In this document: piece after piece, positions 1 to 9,856 of the stretch | Layout: every line of letters begins with the position of its first letter | How positions within the stretch are numbered: position 1 is the stretch's first letter | Assembly: GCA_963422365.1 (NCBI GenBank) | Contig: OY729426.1 | Span: forward strand, 928,001-992,000 | Direction of reading: 5' to 3' | From: Nitrospirales bacterium | GTDB taxonomy: Bacteria; Nitrospirota; Nitrospiria; Nitrospirales; UBA8639 | Length of the DNA: 64,000 bases | The notes under the pieces: model-generated | The model's database searches: none | The model's input: the letters and a program-made list of their open reading frames with translations, nothing else | Told to the model about the DNA's origin: nothing | Program-made: the position numbers and the translations under genes

Positions 1-316
1 TGCCCCAGGGGTCGCGGAAATCGCAACGGAAATGAGGCTCTAACGTCAGGCCGTATGTGTTGATGAGTTTGTCCCGCACTTCATTGAGTTGTGCTTCATC
101 CCGGACCATGATGCCGAAGTGTTTCATGCGATCGGGTTGCAGGGTTTCCACTTCAAAAATGGCCAGGAACTGATGCTCCCCGAGTTTGCACCAGGCGGCT
201 CCCTCCCCTCCCCGCAGCATTTCCAGGTTGAACACGTCTGAGTAAAACTCTACGGCTTTTTGCGCGTCGGTCACTTCGATGACGACGTGATTGCATCCAT
301 AGACTTGAACGGCCAT
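1..316 (-). CDS. VOC/glyoxalase family protein (runs off window start)
   Basis: Own translation from ATG at 316 (SD AAGGAG upstream): MAVQVYGCNHVVIEVTDAQKAVEFYSDVF...KHFGIMV...DFRDPWG, typical VOC motifs. Absent from the ORF track because it is truncated. Confidence 0.85.
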   Translation of the reverse strand, partial: MAVQVYGCNHVVIEVTDAQKAVEFYSDVFNLEMLRGGEGAAWCKLGEHQFLAIFEVETLQPDRMKHFGIMVRDEAQLNEVRDKLINTYGLTLEPHFRCDFRDPWG

Positions 317-337
317 CTCTGTATCTCCTTTTTCAGT

Positions 338-1954
338 TTACCCCATCTCCAGAAGATCATGGTCGGGGTTTCGTTCTTTGGCGAAGGTTTTGGACCAGGG
401 AGAGCGGAAGAGGACAACCGGACGGCCGAGTTGGTCTTTCACCACTAGGGCATCCGATGGTGCCCGGAAGGTGTCGAGGTCTCCGACCAGCCAGGCACTA
501 CATTCATAGGACAAGGTTTCCAGTCGAGTCTCCACACGATATTCAGTGCGCAAGCGAAACGCCAGGACATCGAACTGGAGGCGACCCACGGCGCCGACGA
601 GGAATTCCAGCTCATCGAGGCTCCAGAGAAGCTGCACCGTGCCTTCGGTGGCCATTTGCTCCATGCCTTTATCAAAGGCTTTGCGTTTCCCCACGTCGGT
701 GGGATGAATTTTAGCAAACACCTCCGGTTGAAACTGGGGAAGCGGTTGATAGTTGAAGCCGTCATTCAGTGAGATGGTATCGCCAATGGCAAACTGTCCT
801 GGGTTGATGATTCCGATGATGTCTCCCGGATACGCCAGATCCACGGTGTTGCGGCCTTTGGCGACGAGACGATGTGGCCGAGACAGGCGCACGTCATGTC
901 CAAGGCGGTGATGTCTGACTACCATGTCACGCTCGAATCTTCCGGAGCAGACCCGTAAGAAGGCTGTGCTATCGCGATGACGGGGATTCATGTTCGCCTG
1001 GATCTTAAAGATATAGGCGCTGAATGGTTGCTCCGCCGGGTCCACGACGAGTGCCGTCCCATCAGGCTGATCAGCCGTTCGTGGTATGGCAGCGGGCGCC
1101 ATCTCCACAAAGGCATCGAAGAAATTTTCGATGCCGAAGTTCGTGAGCGCAGAGGCAAAAAAAACGGGCGTCACCTCACCGCTAAGAAAAGCATCCTGCG
1201 AATAGGGGTTCCCTGCCACGTCCAACAGTTCCAAATCGTGGTTGACCTCTTGTAATAAGGGTTCCTCGATCAGAGCCTTGGCTTCAGGGCTATCCAAGGA
1301 AATTTCCCGGCGGCCGGCTTTTGCGGATCCTTGCGCCGCCATTTTTTCGAACAGCGAAACCTGTCGTGTGGCACGGTCTACGACTCCCACGAATTGTTGT
1401 CCTGAACCAACAGGCCAATTGATTGGATTGGCATGAATACGGAGGACGTCTTCCACCTCCGCCATGAGATCGAGGGGCATGCGTCCCGGCAGATCCATTT
1501 TGTTGATCAACGTCAGGACGGGGATGGTGCGCAACCGACACACCTCGAATAATTTCCGCGTTTGGGTTTCAACGCCTTTCGCCGCGTCGATGACCATCAC
1601 GGCACTATCCGCGGCGGTCAGCGTCCGATACGTGTCTTCGCAGAAATCCTGGTGGCCCGGGGTATCGAGGACGTTGATGACGGCATGTTTGTACTGGAAC
1701 TGCATGGCCGATGCGGTGATCGAGATCCCGCGCTCTTGTTCCATTTCCATCCAGTCGGACGTCGCTGTCTTGGAGCTTTTTCGGCTTCCCACCATCCCCG
1801 CTGTGCGGACCATCCCTGAATAGAGCAGCAATTTTTCCGTGACGGTGGTTTTCCCTGCGTCAGGATGACTGATAATGGCAAAGGTTCGGCGCTTGTTGGC
1901 TTGGGCCCGAACGTCGTTTCGAATTCGTGGGTCGTACGTGACCATGATAAACAT
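338..1954 (-). CDS. prfC: Peptide chain release factor 3
   Basis: RRTFAIISHPDAGKTT, SDWMEMEQERGISIT, DTPGHQDF, NKMD, VGAVGRLQFDV. Start could be 1945. Confidence 0.97.
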   Translation of the reverse strand: MFIMVTYDPRIRNDVRAQANKRRTFAIISHPDAGKTTVTEKLLLYSGMVRTAGMVGSRKSSKTATSDWMEMEQERGISITASAMQFQYKHAVINVLDTPGHQDFCEDTYRTLTAADSAVMVIDAAKGVETQTRKLFEVCRLRTIPVLTLINKMDLPGRMPLDLMAEVEDVLRIHANPINWPVGSGQQFVGVVDRATRQVSLFEKMAAQGSAKAGRREISLDSPEAKALIEEPLLQEVNHDLELLDVAGNPYSQDAFLSGEVTPVFFASALTNFGIENFFDAFVEMAPAAIPRTADQPDGTALVVDPAEQPFSAYIFKIQANMNPRHRDSTAFLRVCSGRFERDMVVRHHRLGHDVRLSRPHRLVAKGRNTVDLAYPGDIIGIINPGQFAIGDTISLNDGFNYQPLPQFQPEVFAKIHPTDVGKRKAFDKGMEQMATEGTVQLLWSLDELEFLVGAVGRLQFDVLAFRLRTEYRVETRLETLSYECSAWLVGDLDTFRAPSDALVVKDQLGRPVVLFRSPWSKTFAKERNPDHDLLEMG

Positions 1955-1960
1955 TGTGGG

Positions 1961-3340
1961 CTAGAGGTCTTGGAGTCGACCTTGGGCTCTGGCGAGATCC
2001 ACACGTGACGCATTGAAATTGAACAGTGCTTCAATCAGATTGTCCCGAGCGTGCGCCACCGACGTTTGGGCGTCCGTGACTTCGATATTGGTGGCGACGC
2101 CCACGGCGAAGCGCTGCCGGGCGAGGTTGAGTTCCCAGAATGCTAAACGAAGCCCTTCTTGGGCCACGGTGACTTGTTGGTGGGTCGATTTCAGCGTCAG
2201 CAGCGCGTCTCGAACTTCCAGCGCCACTTGATAGGCAAGGTCTCTGGTTTTGATGACCTCCTGGCGGACGACGCTTCGACGCTCGGAAATGCGCCCTTCT
2301 CGTTGTCCTCCGTCAAAAATGGGAATGGAGAACATCAGTTGCAAATTGTCAGTGGTCACCATTTCGTTGAGTCGATTTCCGATCCTTCCGATATCTCCGC
2401 TACCCGTAAGAGCCGGCACGCGTTCCATGGTCACGGAATTCAACGTGAGTTCCGCCAAGCGCTCACGCTTTTTTTGGACTTTGAGTTCCACTCGGTTTTC
2501 CTGGGCGACTTGTAAGGCGTCGCGGATGGTTTGAGGCGCAACGTTCGTCAACGTGAGTGTGTCGGTCAGAATGAGCTTCACATCGAAAGGCAGGCCGACG
2601 GCTCGACTCAAATTCAGTTGAGCCCGACGATCTTCGTTTCTTGCCACGAGCAATCGTTGTTTTTCGTTCTCAAATTGGACCTTGGCCCGAGTGACGTCCA
2701 AACGGGTGGCCATGCCGACCGACTTGCGCTCTACGGCCAAGCGCAGCAGTTGCTTGTTGAGCCTGACGTCTGCCAAGCGGGCTTTCACGGCTTTCTGCGC
2801 CCGTAACGTTTCCAAGTAGGTGAGGCCGACAATGGCCATGGCGTCCATTTTCTGGGTTTCCGAGTCGAGACTGGCCACCTCGACGTTCATTCGGGCGGTG
2901 CGCCACTTTGCAATGAGGCTGAGGCTAAAAATATTTTGTGTGAGAGACACACGGGCTTCGTAGAAATTTCGTGGGGTGGTCGCTTCTGATCTGCCACCAA
3001 ATGAACCACTAAAAAACCGTCGCCGTGCGTAGCTGGCTCTGGCCTGAATATTAGGTAGAAAAGCCCTGAATTGCGTAGAGGCTTGACTTTCGGCTTGGGT
3101 GATACGCTCTCTAAGGAGTTGCACTGTGGGATTCTCATCCACGGCGGCTTGCATGGCTTCACGCATGCTGAGCCGCAGTTCGAGCGGGGTTTCTCGGGAA
3201 ACGGCTTCATCCTGCGCCCAGGAGAGCTGAGCGGCCCCACACAACGACACGATTCCAACGAGGATCATGACGAGCACGAGGGCTCGGTGGGAAGACGCGT
3301 GACTGCTGGAATATTGGTTGTTCATAAACATCTCCATCAT
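1961..3340 (-). CDS. TolC-family outer membrane efflux protein
   Basis: Signal peptide, two OEP-like helical repeats (G.AT.LDV, SIPIFDGG, GVATNIEV); last gene of the RND operon. Confidence 0.9.
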   Translation of the reverse strand: MMEMFMNNQYSSSHASSHRALVLVMILVGIVSLCGAAQLSWAQDEAVSRETPLELRLSMREAMQAAVDENPTVQLLRERITQAESQASTQFRAFLPNIQARASYARRRFFSGSFGGRSEATTPRNFYEARVSLTQNIFSLSLIAKWRTARMNVEVASLDSETQKMDAMAIVGLTYLETLRAQKAVKARLADVRLNKQLLRLAVERKSVGMATRLDVTRAKVQFENEKQRLLVARNEDRRAQLNLSRAVGLPFDVKLILTDTLTLTNVAPQTIRDALQVAQENRVELKVQKKRERLAELTLNSVTMERVPALTGSGDIGRIGNRLNEMVTTDNLQLMFSIPIFDGGQREGRISERRSVVRQEVIKTRDLAYQVALEVRDALLTLKSTHQQVTVAQEGLRLAFWELNLARQRFAVGVATNIEVTDAQTSVAHARDNLIEALFNFNASRVDLARAQGRLQDL

Positions 3341-6300
3341 GTCTGATGCGTTTCCGGAACCAGGGCCTCTTCTGATGGCGCGGCCTCACGGTTGAGTTTC
3401 CAGTCCATCACGAGGCTGAATAGCGCCGGAACCACGAGGATCGTAAAAGCGGTTGAGAGCATAAGGCCGCCGAGTACCACGCTGCCGATGCCTCGGTACA
3501 ATTCCGATCCGGCACCCGAAGCCAGCACCAGCGGCAGGAGGGCAAAGGTTGTGGTCAGCATACTCATCATGATGGGCCTGACGCGTGATCGCACGGATTC
3601 GGCGATGGCTTGACGGGCCGACATGCCGCCCGCCGTCTCGCTTTCCCCAGATCCCCAGAGATTCCGCCGGGTTGGATCTATAAAGTTCAAGGCTTGATGC
3701 ACGACCAAAATGGCATTGTTGACCACGACACCGATTAAAATAATAAACCCCAACATGGTCAAAACATCCAAGGGTTGATAGGTGATCACGTGATTGACGA
3801 CAAACAGTCCGAGAATGCCTCCAGCCGCAGCTAACGGCACACTCAAGATAATGACAAAGGGATACAGGAAGCTTTCAAACAAGGCGGCCATGAGCAAATA
3901 GGTAATGAGCAAAGCCAAGAAAAGATTATATTTCAGGGCGTCATAGGTTTTTGAGAGATCATCCGCCGTGCCTGAGAGGCGAATATTATAGAGACGACCA
4001 AGATCTCCTGCTTCTTTGAGTGGAAGGATGATCTGCTGTTCAATCAATTCCATAGCCGTCTCCAGAGGCATTTCGGTTGGCGGAATGACTTGGATGGTAA
4101 TAGCCCGTTCCCGTTCGATATGGTTGATTTGTTCTGGGCCTGCAACGAGTTTGATGTCGGCAATATCGCCCACTGTGGCGAGACGGTCACCGCGGGTAAA
4201 GATGGGAAGGTTTGCCAGGTCTTGCGTTCGATCGGCATAGTGATCGATGCCCCGAATGGTAAGATCGATTTCGTCGCCTTCAAATTGGTAGTCACTCGCT
4301 TTCGCCCCGTCTACCAAGGCATCAACGGTAAAGCCGAGTTCTTGATTGGTCATTTGCACGTCAGCCGCCCGTTCTCGCCTCAGGCTCACTCGCACTTCAG
4401 GACTTCCCAAGTCAAGACTTGGCTTGGGGCGAACCTGTGAGCCTGGTAAGATTCCCCGAACCTGTCCGAAGATTTGTCCGCCCAGCGTGATGAGCCGATC
4501 GAGATTTGGTCCGGTAATTTCAATATCGATATTTCGCCCTTCGCCCAACCCTCGTTGAAATAAACTGCTTTGGGTCACAATTCCGATGATCCCGGGGATA
4601 TCGGCCATGGCTCTGCGAAAAACCGGGATCAAGTCACGGATTTGGGCATCGTCATTGGTGCGCGCACCCATAAACACCGAACGTCCACGCGCCACGTAGA
4701 AAAAATTGCGAATGCTGGGACCATCCAAGGCAGCTTCCTCCGGGGACCCCGGTCGGGCTTCCCAATGGGGAGTGAGAATGTGCTCAATGGATGCTCCTAA
4801 ACGAACAAACTTCTCCGTGTTGTACCCAGGCGGAGGCAGGACCATGCCGATGAGAAGATTGCGCTCCCCATTGGGCAGGTATTCGGCTTTCGGTAACAAC
4901 AGTGCGGTGATGCCAATGGCTAACGCGGTGAAGCCGAATACGATCCCCCCCCGCCAGCGGGTACTGCCGCACATCCAATAAATGAAATCTCGAATTCGGG
5001 CGGCGTTCATCCCCATCCGGTCAGTCATTCGCTTCAAGCGAGAGGAGGAGTGGCTTTGAGGTGTTTGACGGGTCCTGGTCGTCAAAATGCGTGCAGACAG
5101 GCAAGGAATAACGGTAATGGAAACCAGGAGGCTCAGCCCCACGCCGGCGCTGATGGCAATGGCAATGTCCCGAAAGAGTTGTCCGGCTTGTTCTTCAATA
5201 AACACAATGGGCACGAAGACGGCAATGGTCGTGAGGGTGCTTGCCAGGACCGCTCCCCATACTTCCGTGGTGCCGTCGTAGGCGGCTTGCCGCAGAGGTT
5301 TGCCAGACTCTCGGTGACGATAAATGTTTTCCAAGACGACAATGGAATTGTCGACTAACATGCCTGCGGCGAACGTCATCCCCGCGAGACTGATCACATT
5401 CACGTTTCGGTCCAAAAACCACAACGCAATAAAGGTTCCCATGATGCTGAGAGGAATGGCTAATCCAATCACGAGGGTCGTGCTTCCCGTGCGCAGAAAC
5501 AGAAAGAGAATCGTCACGGCGAGGATGCTGCCGATCACTAGGTTTTTTTGCACCAAGTTGATGGAGCTATAGATGTAGTCCGTTTCGTCATAGACTTGAA
5601 AAAGTTTGAAGCCTCGTCTTTCGAGGACCCCCTCGTTCAGTTCCTGAACGGCTTCTCGAAGCTTCTGCATCGTGTCCAGGATGTTGGCTCCCGTCTCGCG
5701 AATGACATTGACGGCAATGGAATTGCGCCCCATTTCCCGAACGACGTGTGCAGGCTCTTTATACGCAATGCTGACAGTCGCAATGTCCCGCACGTACACC
5801 GGCGCACCATTCCGTCTTGTAATAATGACATGCCCCACGTCTTCGGGGCTTTGGTACTCGCCGATGGTTCTGACGACATACGAACGTTTGCCTTCGTCAA
5901 AATCACCTGCACTAAAGTCGCGATTTTCCTGATCCAGCGCTTGCGCCAGATCTCGAACCGTCAGAGAACGAATGGCCAGTTTCATGGGATCCACGAGCAC
6001 GCGCAGCTCTCGCTCGCGCCCCCCATAGACATTGGACGCGGCCACACCAGGAATTCGCTCGAATCGTGCCTTGATCACGTCTTCTGCAAAATCGCGCAAG
6101 GTATCGATGACCACGGGGTTTCCTTCCAACGGTTCAAAAATAAACCACCCCATGGCGTTGCCGCGCGTATCGGCACTGCTAATCACGGGTTCATCCACTT
6201 CGTCGGGGTATTCCTTGACTTGATTTAGTCGATTGGAGACACGAAGAAGAGCCGTGTCGGTATTGGCTCCGGCAGGAAATCGAAGGATGATTTGCGCGGA

Positions 6301-6561
6301 GTTGTAGGAACTTTCGCTGAACATCTTCTCCAGCCCTTCCACGCCTTTAATCTGCTCCTCCTGTTTCTCCACGATCTCGCGTTCCACTTCTTTGGGGCTT
6401 GCCCCCTGCCATCGGGTTTGAATCGTGATCTCGGGCTTGGAGACATCGGGCGTGAGTTGGATGGGCAGTTTGGTGAGAGCCACAACTCCAAAGAGGACCA
6501 CGAGAATTACTCCCACGGCTGTGGTGACCGGGTAGCGGATGGCGAATTGAATGACGTTCAT
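3337..6561 (-). CDS. RND efflux permease (AcrB/AcrD/AcrF family)
   Basis: 1074 aa; GMLVDNSIVVLENIYR, GVVVNNAIL, RVRPIMMS motifs. Confidence 0.96.
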   Translation of the reverse strand: MNVIQFAIRYPVTTAVGVILVVLFGVVALTKLPIQLTPDVSKPEITIQTRWQGASPKEVEREIVEKQEEQIKGVEGLEKMFSESSYNSAQIILRFPAGANTDTALLRVSNRLNQVKEYPDEVDEPVISSADTRGNAMGWFIFEPLEGNPVVIDTLRDFAEDVIKARFERIPGVAASNVYGGRERELRVLVDPMKLAIRSLTVRDLAQALDQENRDFSAGDFDEGKRSYVVRTIGEYQSPEDVGHVIITRRNGAPVYVRDIATVSIAYKEPAHVVREMGRNSIAVNVIRETGANILDTMQKLREAVQELNEGVLERRGFKLFQVYDETDYIYSSINLVQKNLVIGSILAVTILFLFLRTGSTTLVIGLAIPLSIMGTFIALWFLDRNVNVISLAGMTFAAGMLVDNSIVVLENIYRHRESGKPLRQAAYDGTTEVWGAVLASTLTTIAVFVPIVFIEEQAGQLFRDIAIAISAGVGLSLLVSITVIPCLSARILTTRTRQTPQSHSSSRLKRMTDRMGMNAARIRDFIYWMCGSTRWRGGIVFGFTALAIGITALLLPKAEYLPNGERNLLIGMVLPPPGYNTEKFVRLGASIEHILTPHWEARPGSPEEAALDGPSIRNFFYVARGRSVFMGARTNDDAQIRDLIPVFRRAMADIPGIIGIVTQSSLFQRGLGEGRNIDIEITGPNLDRLITLGGQIFGQVRGILPGSQVRPKPSLDLGSPEVRVSLRRERAADVQMTNQELGFTVDALVDGAKASDYQFEGDEIDLTIRGIDHYADRTQDLANLPIFTRGDRLATVGDIADIKLVAGPEQINHIERERAITIQVIPPTEMPLETAMELIEQQIILPLKEAGDLGRLYNIRLSGTADDLSKTYDALKYNLFLALLITYLLMAALFESFLYPFVIILSVPLAAAGGILGLFVVNHVITYQPLDVLTMLGFIILIGVVVNNAILVVHQALNFIDPTRRNLWGSGESETAGGMSARQAIAESVRSRVRPIMMSMLTTTFALLPLVLASGAGSELYRGIGSVVLGGLMLSTAFTILVVPALFSLVMDWKLNREAAPSEEALVPETHQT

Positions 6562-7697
6562 CGGTTGTCGGCAGGAGCCTCTAAAATACGCACGGGTTGG
6601 CCGGGGAACAGTCGTTCGTTGCCTTCCACGACGACGGTCATTCCTTCTTGGATCTGCCCTTTGATTTCAATGAGGCCCTCTAGGTGAAGGACGGCGGTCA
6701 CCGGAATTTGGTCAACCGTTCCCTCATTCACTCGAAACACAAATTCCCGACCCCCTCGGAGGACCAAGGCGTCTTTCGGGACCACAATCCCTTGGTGGGG
6801 CCGATCGACTTGGAGCGTGATGCGGGACACCATGCCACTTTTAATAGCCAACGCCGGATTCGGAATATCCACTTTGACTGGAAAGGTTCTCGCGATTCGA
6901 TCAGCTTGGGCAATCAGCGAGAAGACTCGGCCTTGGGCCTCAAATTCCGGAAGGCCGTCGAAGGTTGCGGTGACGGGGTCGTGGATTTGAATATTGCTCA
7001 CGTAGCGTTCTGGAAGGGGGATCTCGACTTGCACATGAAAAAGGTCGACCATCTCGATAATCGCCCCACCTTCTTCCACCCACTGCCCGATCTCCGTAAA
7101 TTCTTGCGTAATCCATCCATCGAAGGGCGCGACGATGTTGGATTGGTTGAGCGAGTCTCTGACGCGTCGGATTTCGGCATCTAATTGGGACAGGCGTTCT
7201 CGAAGTGCCATTTCCTCGGCTTGGGCGTCATCAAATTCTTTTTGCGTGACGAGTTCTTTTTTAAAGAGGACTCGGATTCGGCTCAGATCTCGTTTGGCTT
7301 GTCGATGGCGGGTGCTGGCCTCTCGATGTGAGGACAAGGCTGAATCGAGTTGGATCTGCAACGTATCCGTCCGCAAGTGCGCCAACCGTTGCCCGCGTTT
7401 GACCGCCATGCCTTCTTTTGCCGGAAAGGTTTTGACCAACCCTCCCACTTCGCTGGCCACGATGCTTCGTTTCAATGGTTCAACGGTCCCAACCAATGTG
7501 ACGGTCTGCTTCACTTCTTGTCGGAGAACCGGAGCCACCCGCACCGGTGTCGGCGGAGGACCTTGGGGAGGAGGTGCGGCTTGCTGTTCGTTACATGCCG
7601 GGATCGTGATCAAGCACAGGAACAGAAAAAGGGACTGGCAGGCTTTGCAAAGACATTTCTGGAATGGGTGCATGATCGTCATGACGAGAAACACCAA
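6558..7697 (-). CDS. RND periplasmic adaptor (membrane fusion protein), probable lipoprotein
   Basis: IPAC lipobox, barrel-sandwich motifs (IVAPFDG, RTFPVKV, VVPKDAL); 4-nt overlap with the permease. Start uncertain. Confidence 0.93.
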   Translation of the reverse strand: MVFLVMTIMHPFQKCLCKACQSLFLFLCLITIPACNEQQAAPPPQGPPPTPVRVAPVLRQEVKQTVTLVGTVEPLKRSIVASEVGGLVKTFPAKEGMAVKRGQRLAHLRTDTLQIQLDSALSSHREASTRHRQAKRDLSRIRVLFKKELVTQKEFDDAQAEEMALRERLSQLDAEIRRVRDSLNQSNIVAPFDGWITQEFTEIGQWVEEGGAIIEMVDLFHVQVEIPLPERYVSNIQIHDPVTATFDGLPEFEAQGRVFSLIAQADRIARTFPVKVDIPNPALAIKSGMVSRITLQVDRPHQGIVVPKDALVLRGGREFVFRVNEGTVDQIPVTAVLHLEGLIEIKGQIQEGMTVVVEGNERLFPGQPVRILEAPADNR

Positions 7698-7741
7698 CGA
7701 ACCAAGTGAGCGTTGGATTCGAACATCTATCCTTCAAGCGT

Positions 7742-8392
7742 TTACCCGATGCGTCCGGCAACTCGCGCAACGGGTTCCTTTTCCAGACCACGCAAAAACA
7801 ATGAGCGAAGCACGCCTTGTTTTTCGACAAGGGCCCCGGTGGGTTTTTCCTGCAAAATCCATACATAGGTGGTGGCGTTCAACATGCCATGGAGTGCAAA
7901 TGCCCCGTCGGTAGGGTCTATTTTTCTGAACTCCTTGCGACGGATGCCTTGACGGATCAGGTCGGCGACCGTATCGACTTGAGCCGTGTATAACTTCCAG
8001 ACGCGTTCGCCCAGAACACTTTTGATGGTCCATTCAAACCCGCTCCATTCGGAAACGTAAATGCGAAAAAAGTCTCGATTCTGATCGGCATACTCGAGCT
8101 TCACCTGGATAAAGGCATTGATCTTGTCGCTGGAGCTTTTAGCCGGCGCGATTGCTTCCTCGATCAATCGCGCCAATTCTTCCAATTTGGCTTCCACAAG
8201 AGAAACATAAATCTCTTCCTTGCTTTTAAAGAATCGATACAGGGTGCCCATAGCAAATTGCGACGCGGCGGCAATATCGGCCATGCTGGTTTTGAAAAAG
8301 CCATTCTGGGAAAAAAGGCACTCCGCCGCCGCCAGGATTTCTTGCCGCCGGGCTTCATGTTCGCGTTGTTTTCGTTGTGTCCGCGCAGCCAT
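7742..8392 (-). CDS. TetR/AcrR family transcriptional regulator
   Basis: ILAAAECLFSQNGFFKTSMADIA...GTLYRFFKSKEEI HTH; heads the efflux operon. Confidence 0.95.
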   Translation of the reverse strand: MAARTQRKQREHEARRQEILAAAECLFSQNGFFKTSMADIAAASQFAMGTLYRFFKSKEEIYVSLVEAKLEELARLIEEAIAPAKSSSDKINAFIQVKLEYADQNRDFFRIYVSEWSGFEWTIKSVLGERVWKLYTAQVDTVADLIRQGIRRKEFRKIDPTDGAFALHGMLNATTYVWILQEKPTGALVEKQGVLRSLFLRGLEKEPVARVAGRIG

Positions 8393-8420
8393 ACACTAAT
8401 TCCATCAGCCGGTGAATATC

Positions 8421-8460
8421 TATTCTACTAGATGAAAATCCTGTTCTATAACGTAGAATA
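8421..8460. promoter_or_regulatory. Putative TetR operator(s)
   Basis: Inverted repeat TATTCTAC...GTAGAATA, including TTCTA-N5-TAGAA, 30-70 nt upstream of the tetR start. Confidence 0.5.
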
Positions 8461-8513
8461 CGCATTCAGTTTTTTGCAACTCTCCTCCCGAAAGGAATAC
8501 GCGATCACGCCAA

Positions 8514-9221
8514 TTATTGAGATGAACCAGGAGGCTTGTGCGACTCGGCCTGGGATGGTAACGCTGGAGTGTTGTCCAGAGCAGAAGGCGTTGCCGCGAT
8601 CTTCCCGTTGGCCGCTCCACCCGAGACCCCACCCGAGACGATAAAGGTCATGATGTCCGCGCTGTCGGCTTCAAGCGGGCGAATGTGACTGCGAGGAACG
8701 ACTAAAAGGTTGCCCGCAAAGTTGTAGGATTGCGGAAAGTAGACGGCCACTCGATCTTTGAGCCCTAACGAGTCCAGATTCTGGCGCGTGACAAACCCGA
8801 TTGCTTCGGCATGTCCGCCTGGGACGAGTGTGACGAGGACGGGTTGGTTAAAACGCTTTTTTTCACCCATAAACGCTTCGATGAGATCTTTGAGCGACGT
8901 ATAGACCAATTTGACAAAGGGAGTGCGGGTTAAGATTTTTTCCAGAGAGCCTAAGGCTCCACGGAAGAACACGTTCGAGGCAAGGCGGCCGACAAGAATG
9001 AGCATGCCGATGGTGAGGAGAAACCCCATCCCTGGAACAGGGATATTCAGCCAGCCGTCAATAACATTAAATACCAGAAAGACGACGTAGATCGTGACGG
9101 CCACCGGGACTACAAGAAACAGGCCTTCAAAGAAATTTCTCGCCAATTCTTGCATGTCCCAACGCTTGGGAATGACTTCATCTTTGATAGATTGAAGAAT
9201 TTCTTTCCAGTCAAAACTCAT
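8514..9221 (-). CDS. DUF502 family membrane protein
   Basis: FFEGLFLVVPVAVTIYV, PFVKLVYTSLKDL, AVYFPQSYNFAG, FIVSGG. Confidence 0.88.
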   Translation of the reverse strand: MSFDWKEILQSIKDEVIPKRWDMQELARNFFEGLFLVVPVAVTIYVVFLVFNVIDGWLNIPVPGMGFLLTIGMLILVGRLASNVFFRGALGSLEKILTRTPFVKLVYTSLKDLIEAFMGEKKRFNQPVLVTLVPGGHAEAIGFVTRQNLDSLGLKDRVAVYFPQSYNFAGNLLVVPRSHIRPLEADSADIMTFIVSGGVSGGAANGKIAATPSALDNTPALPSQAESHKPPGSSQ

Positions 9222-9433
9222 TGAGTCAGCCTCTGGATCAATACGTCAAAAGCGTGTCCCCGACCTGATTTACTTGACTCTAACCGGAGAGAAGGGTTTG
9301 AGACAAGGGTGGTTGTCGATTGGACAACACGATGCCGGTAAATTTGACACTCAACTCCCAAACCCGTCACAGTAATATTAAGGATAATTAAGGAATCCGA
9401 GCTTTATCCATACCATGCAGAAAGGTACACATT

Positions 9434-9700
9434 GTGGCAGGCGAAGTCTCACCGCGGAAACCATCTTCATCAGATAAATCGAAAGGGCCCCTTGAAACCG
9501 AAATCCTGACGGTCCACGTTGAGCGTGAAGGCCAGCAAGTCAGTGCCAAATGGGGGCTGAATCCGCGATTAAAAGAAGAATTGACTCCTGAGGAATGGAA
9601 AGAGGTGACGGACATTATGGGTAAAGTCACCGACATTGTGGGAAAACGGTTTTCGGAAATGTTAACGCAAGGGCCAACGGAAAGCGTCGGAAACGCGTAA
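9434..9700 (+). CDS. Hypothetical protein (88 aa)
   Basis: SD-like AAGGT before GTG, protein-like composition, fills the intergenic gap. Confidence 0.6.
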   Translation: MAGEVSPRKPSSSDKSKGPLETEILTVHVEREGQQVSAKWGLNPRLKEELTPEEWKEVTDIMGKVTDIVGKRFSEMLTQGPTESVGNA

Positions 9701-9705
9701 GCCCG

Positions 9706-9745
9706 TAGATTTCCCCTCAGGACAAGCGCTGCGCTCGGAATGACA
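9706..9745. repeat. REP-like element remnant
   Basis: GATTTCCCCTCAGGACAAGCGCTGCGCTCGGAATGACA resembles GATTC..CGCTGCGCTC.GAATGACA-type REP hairpins; CTCAGGACAAGC is related to the repeats at 32605-32910. Confidence 0.4.
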
Positions 9746-9856
9746 AATTGTTTATTTGCACAACCGCACCGGTCTGGTAAGGCACGATCAGATCGTGCCT
9801 TCTTCGGGGCGGCATGAGATGCCGCCGCTACAAGAAGGCGTGCAGGGGAGTCGGCC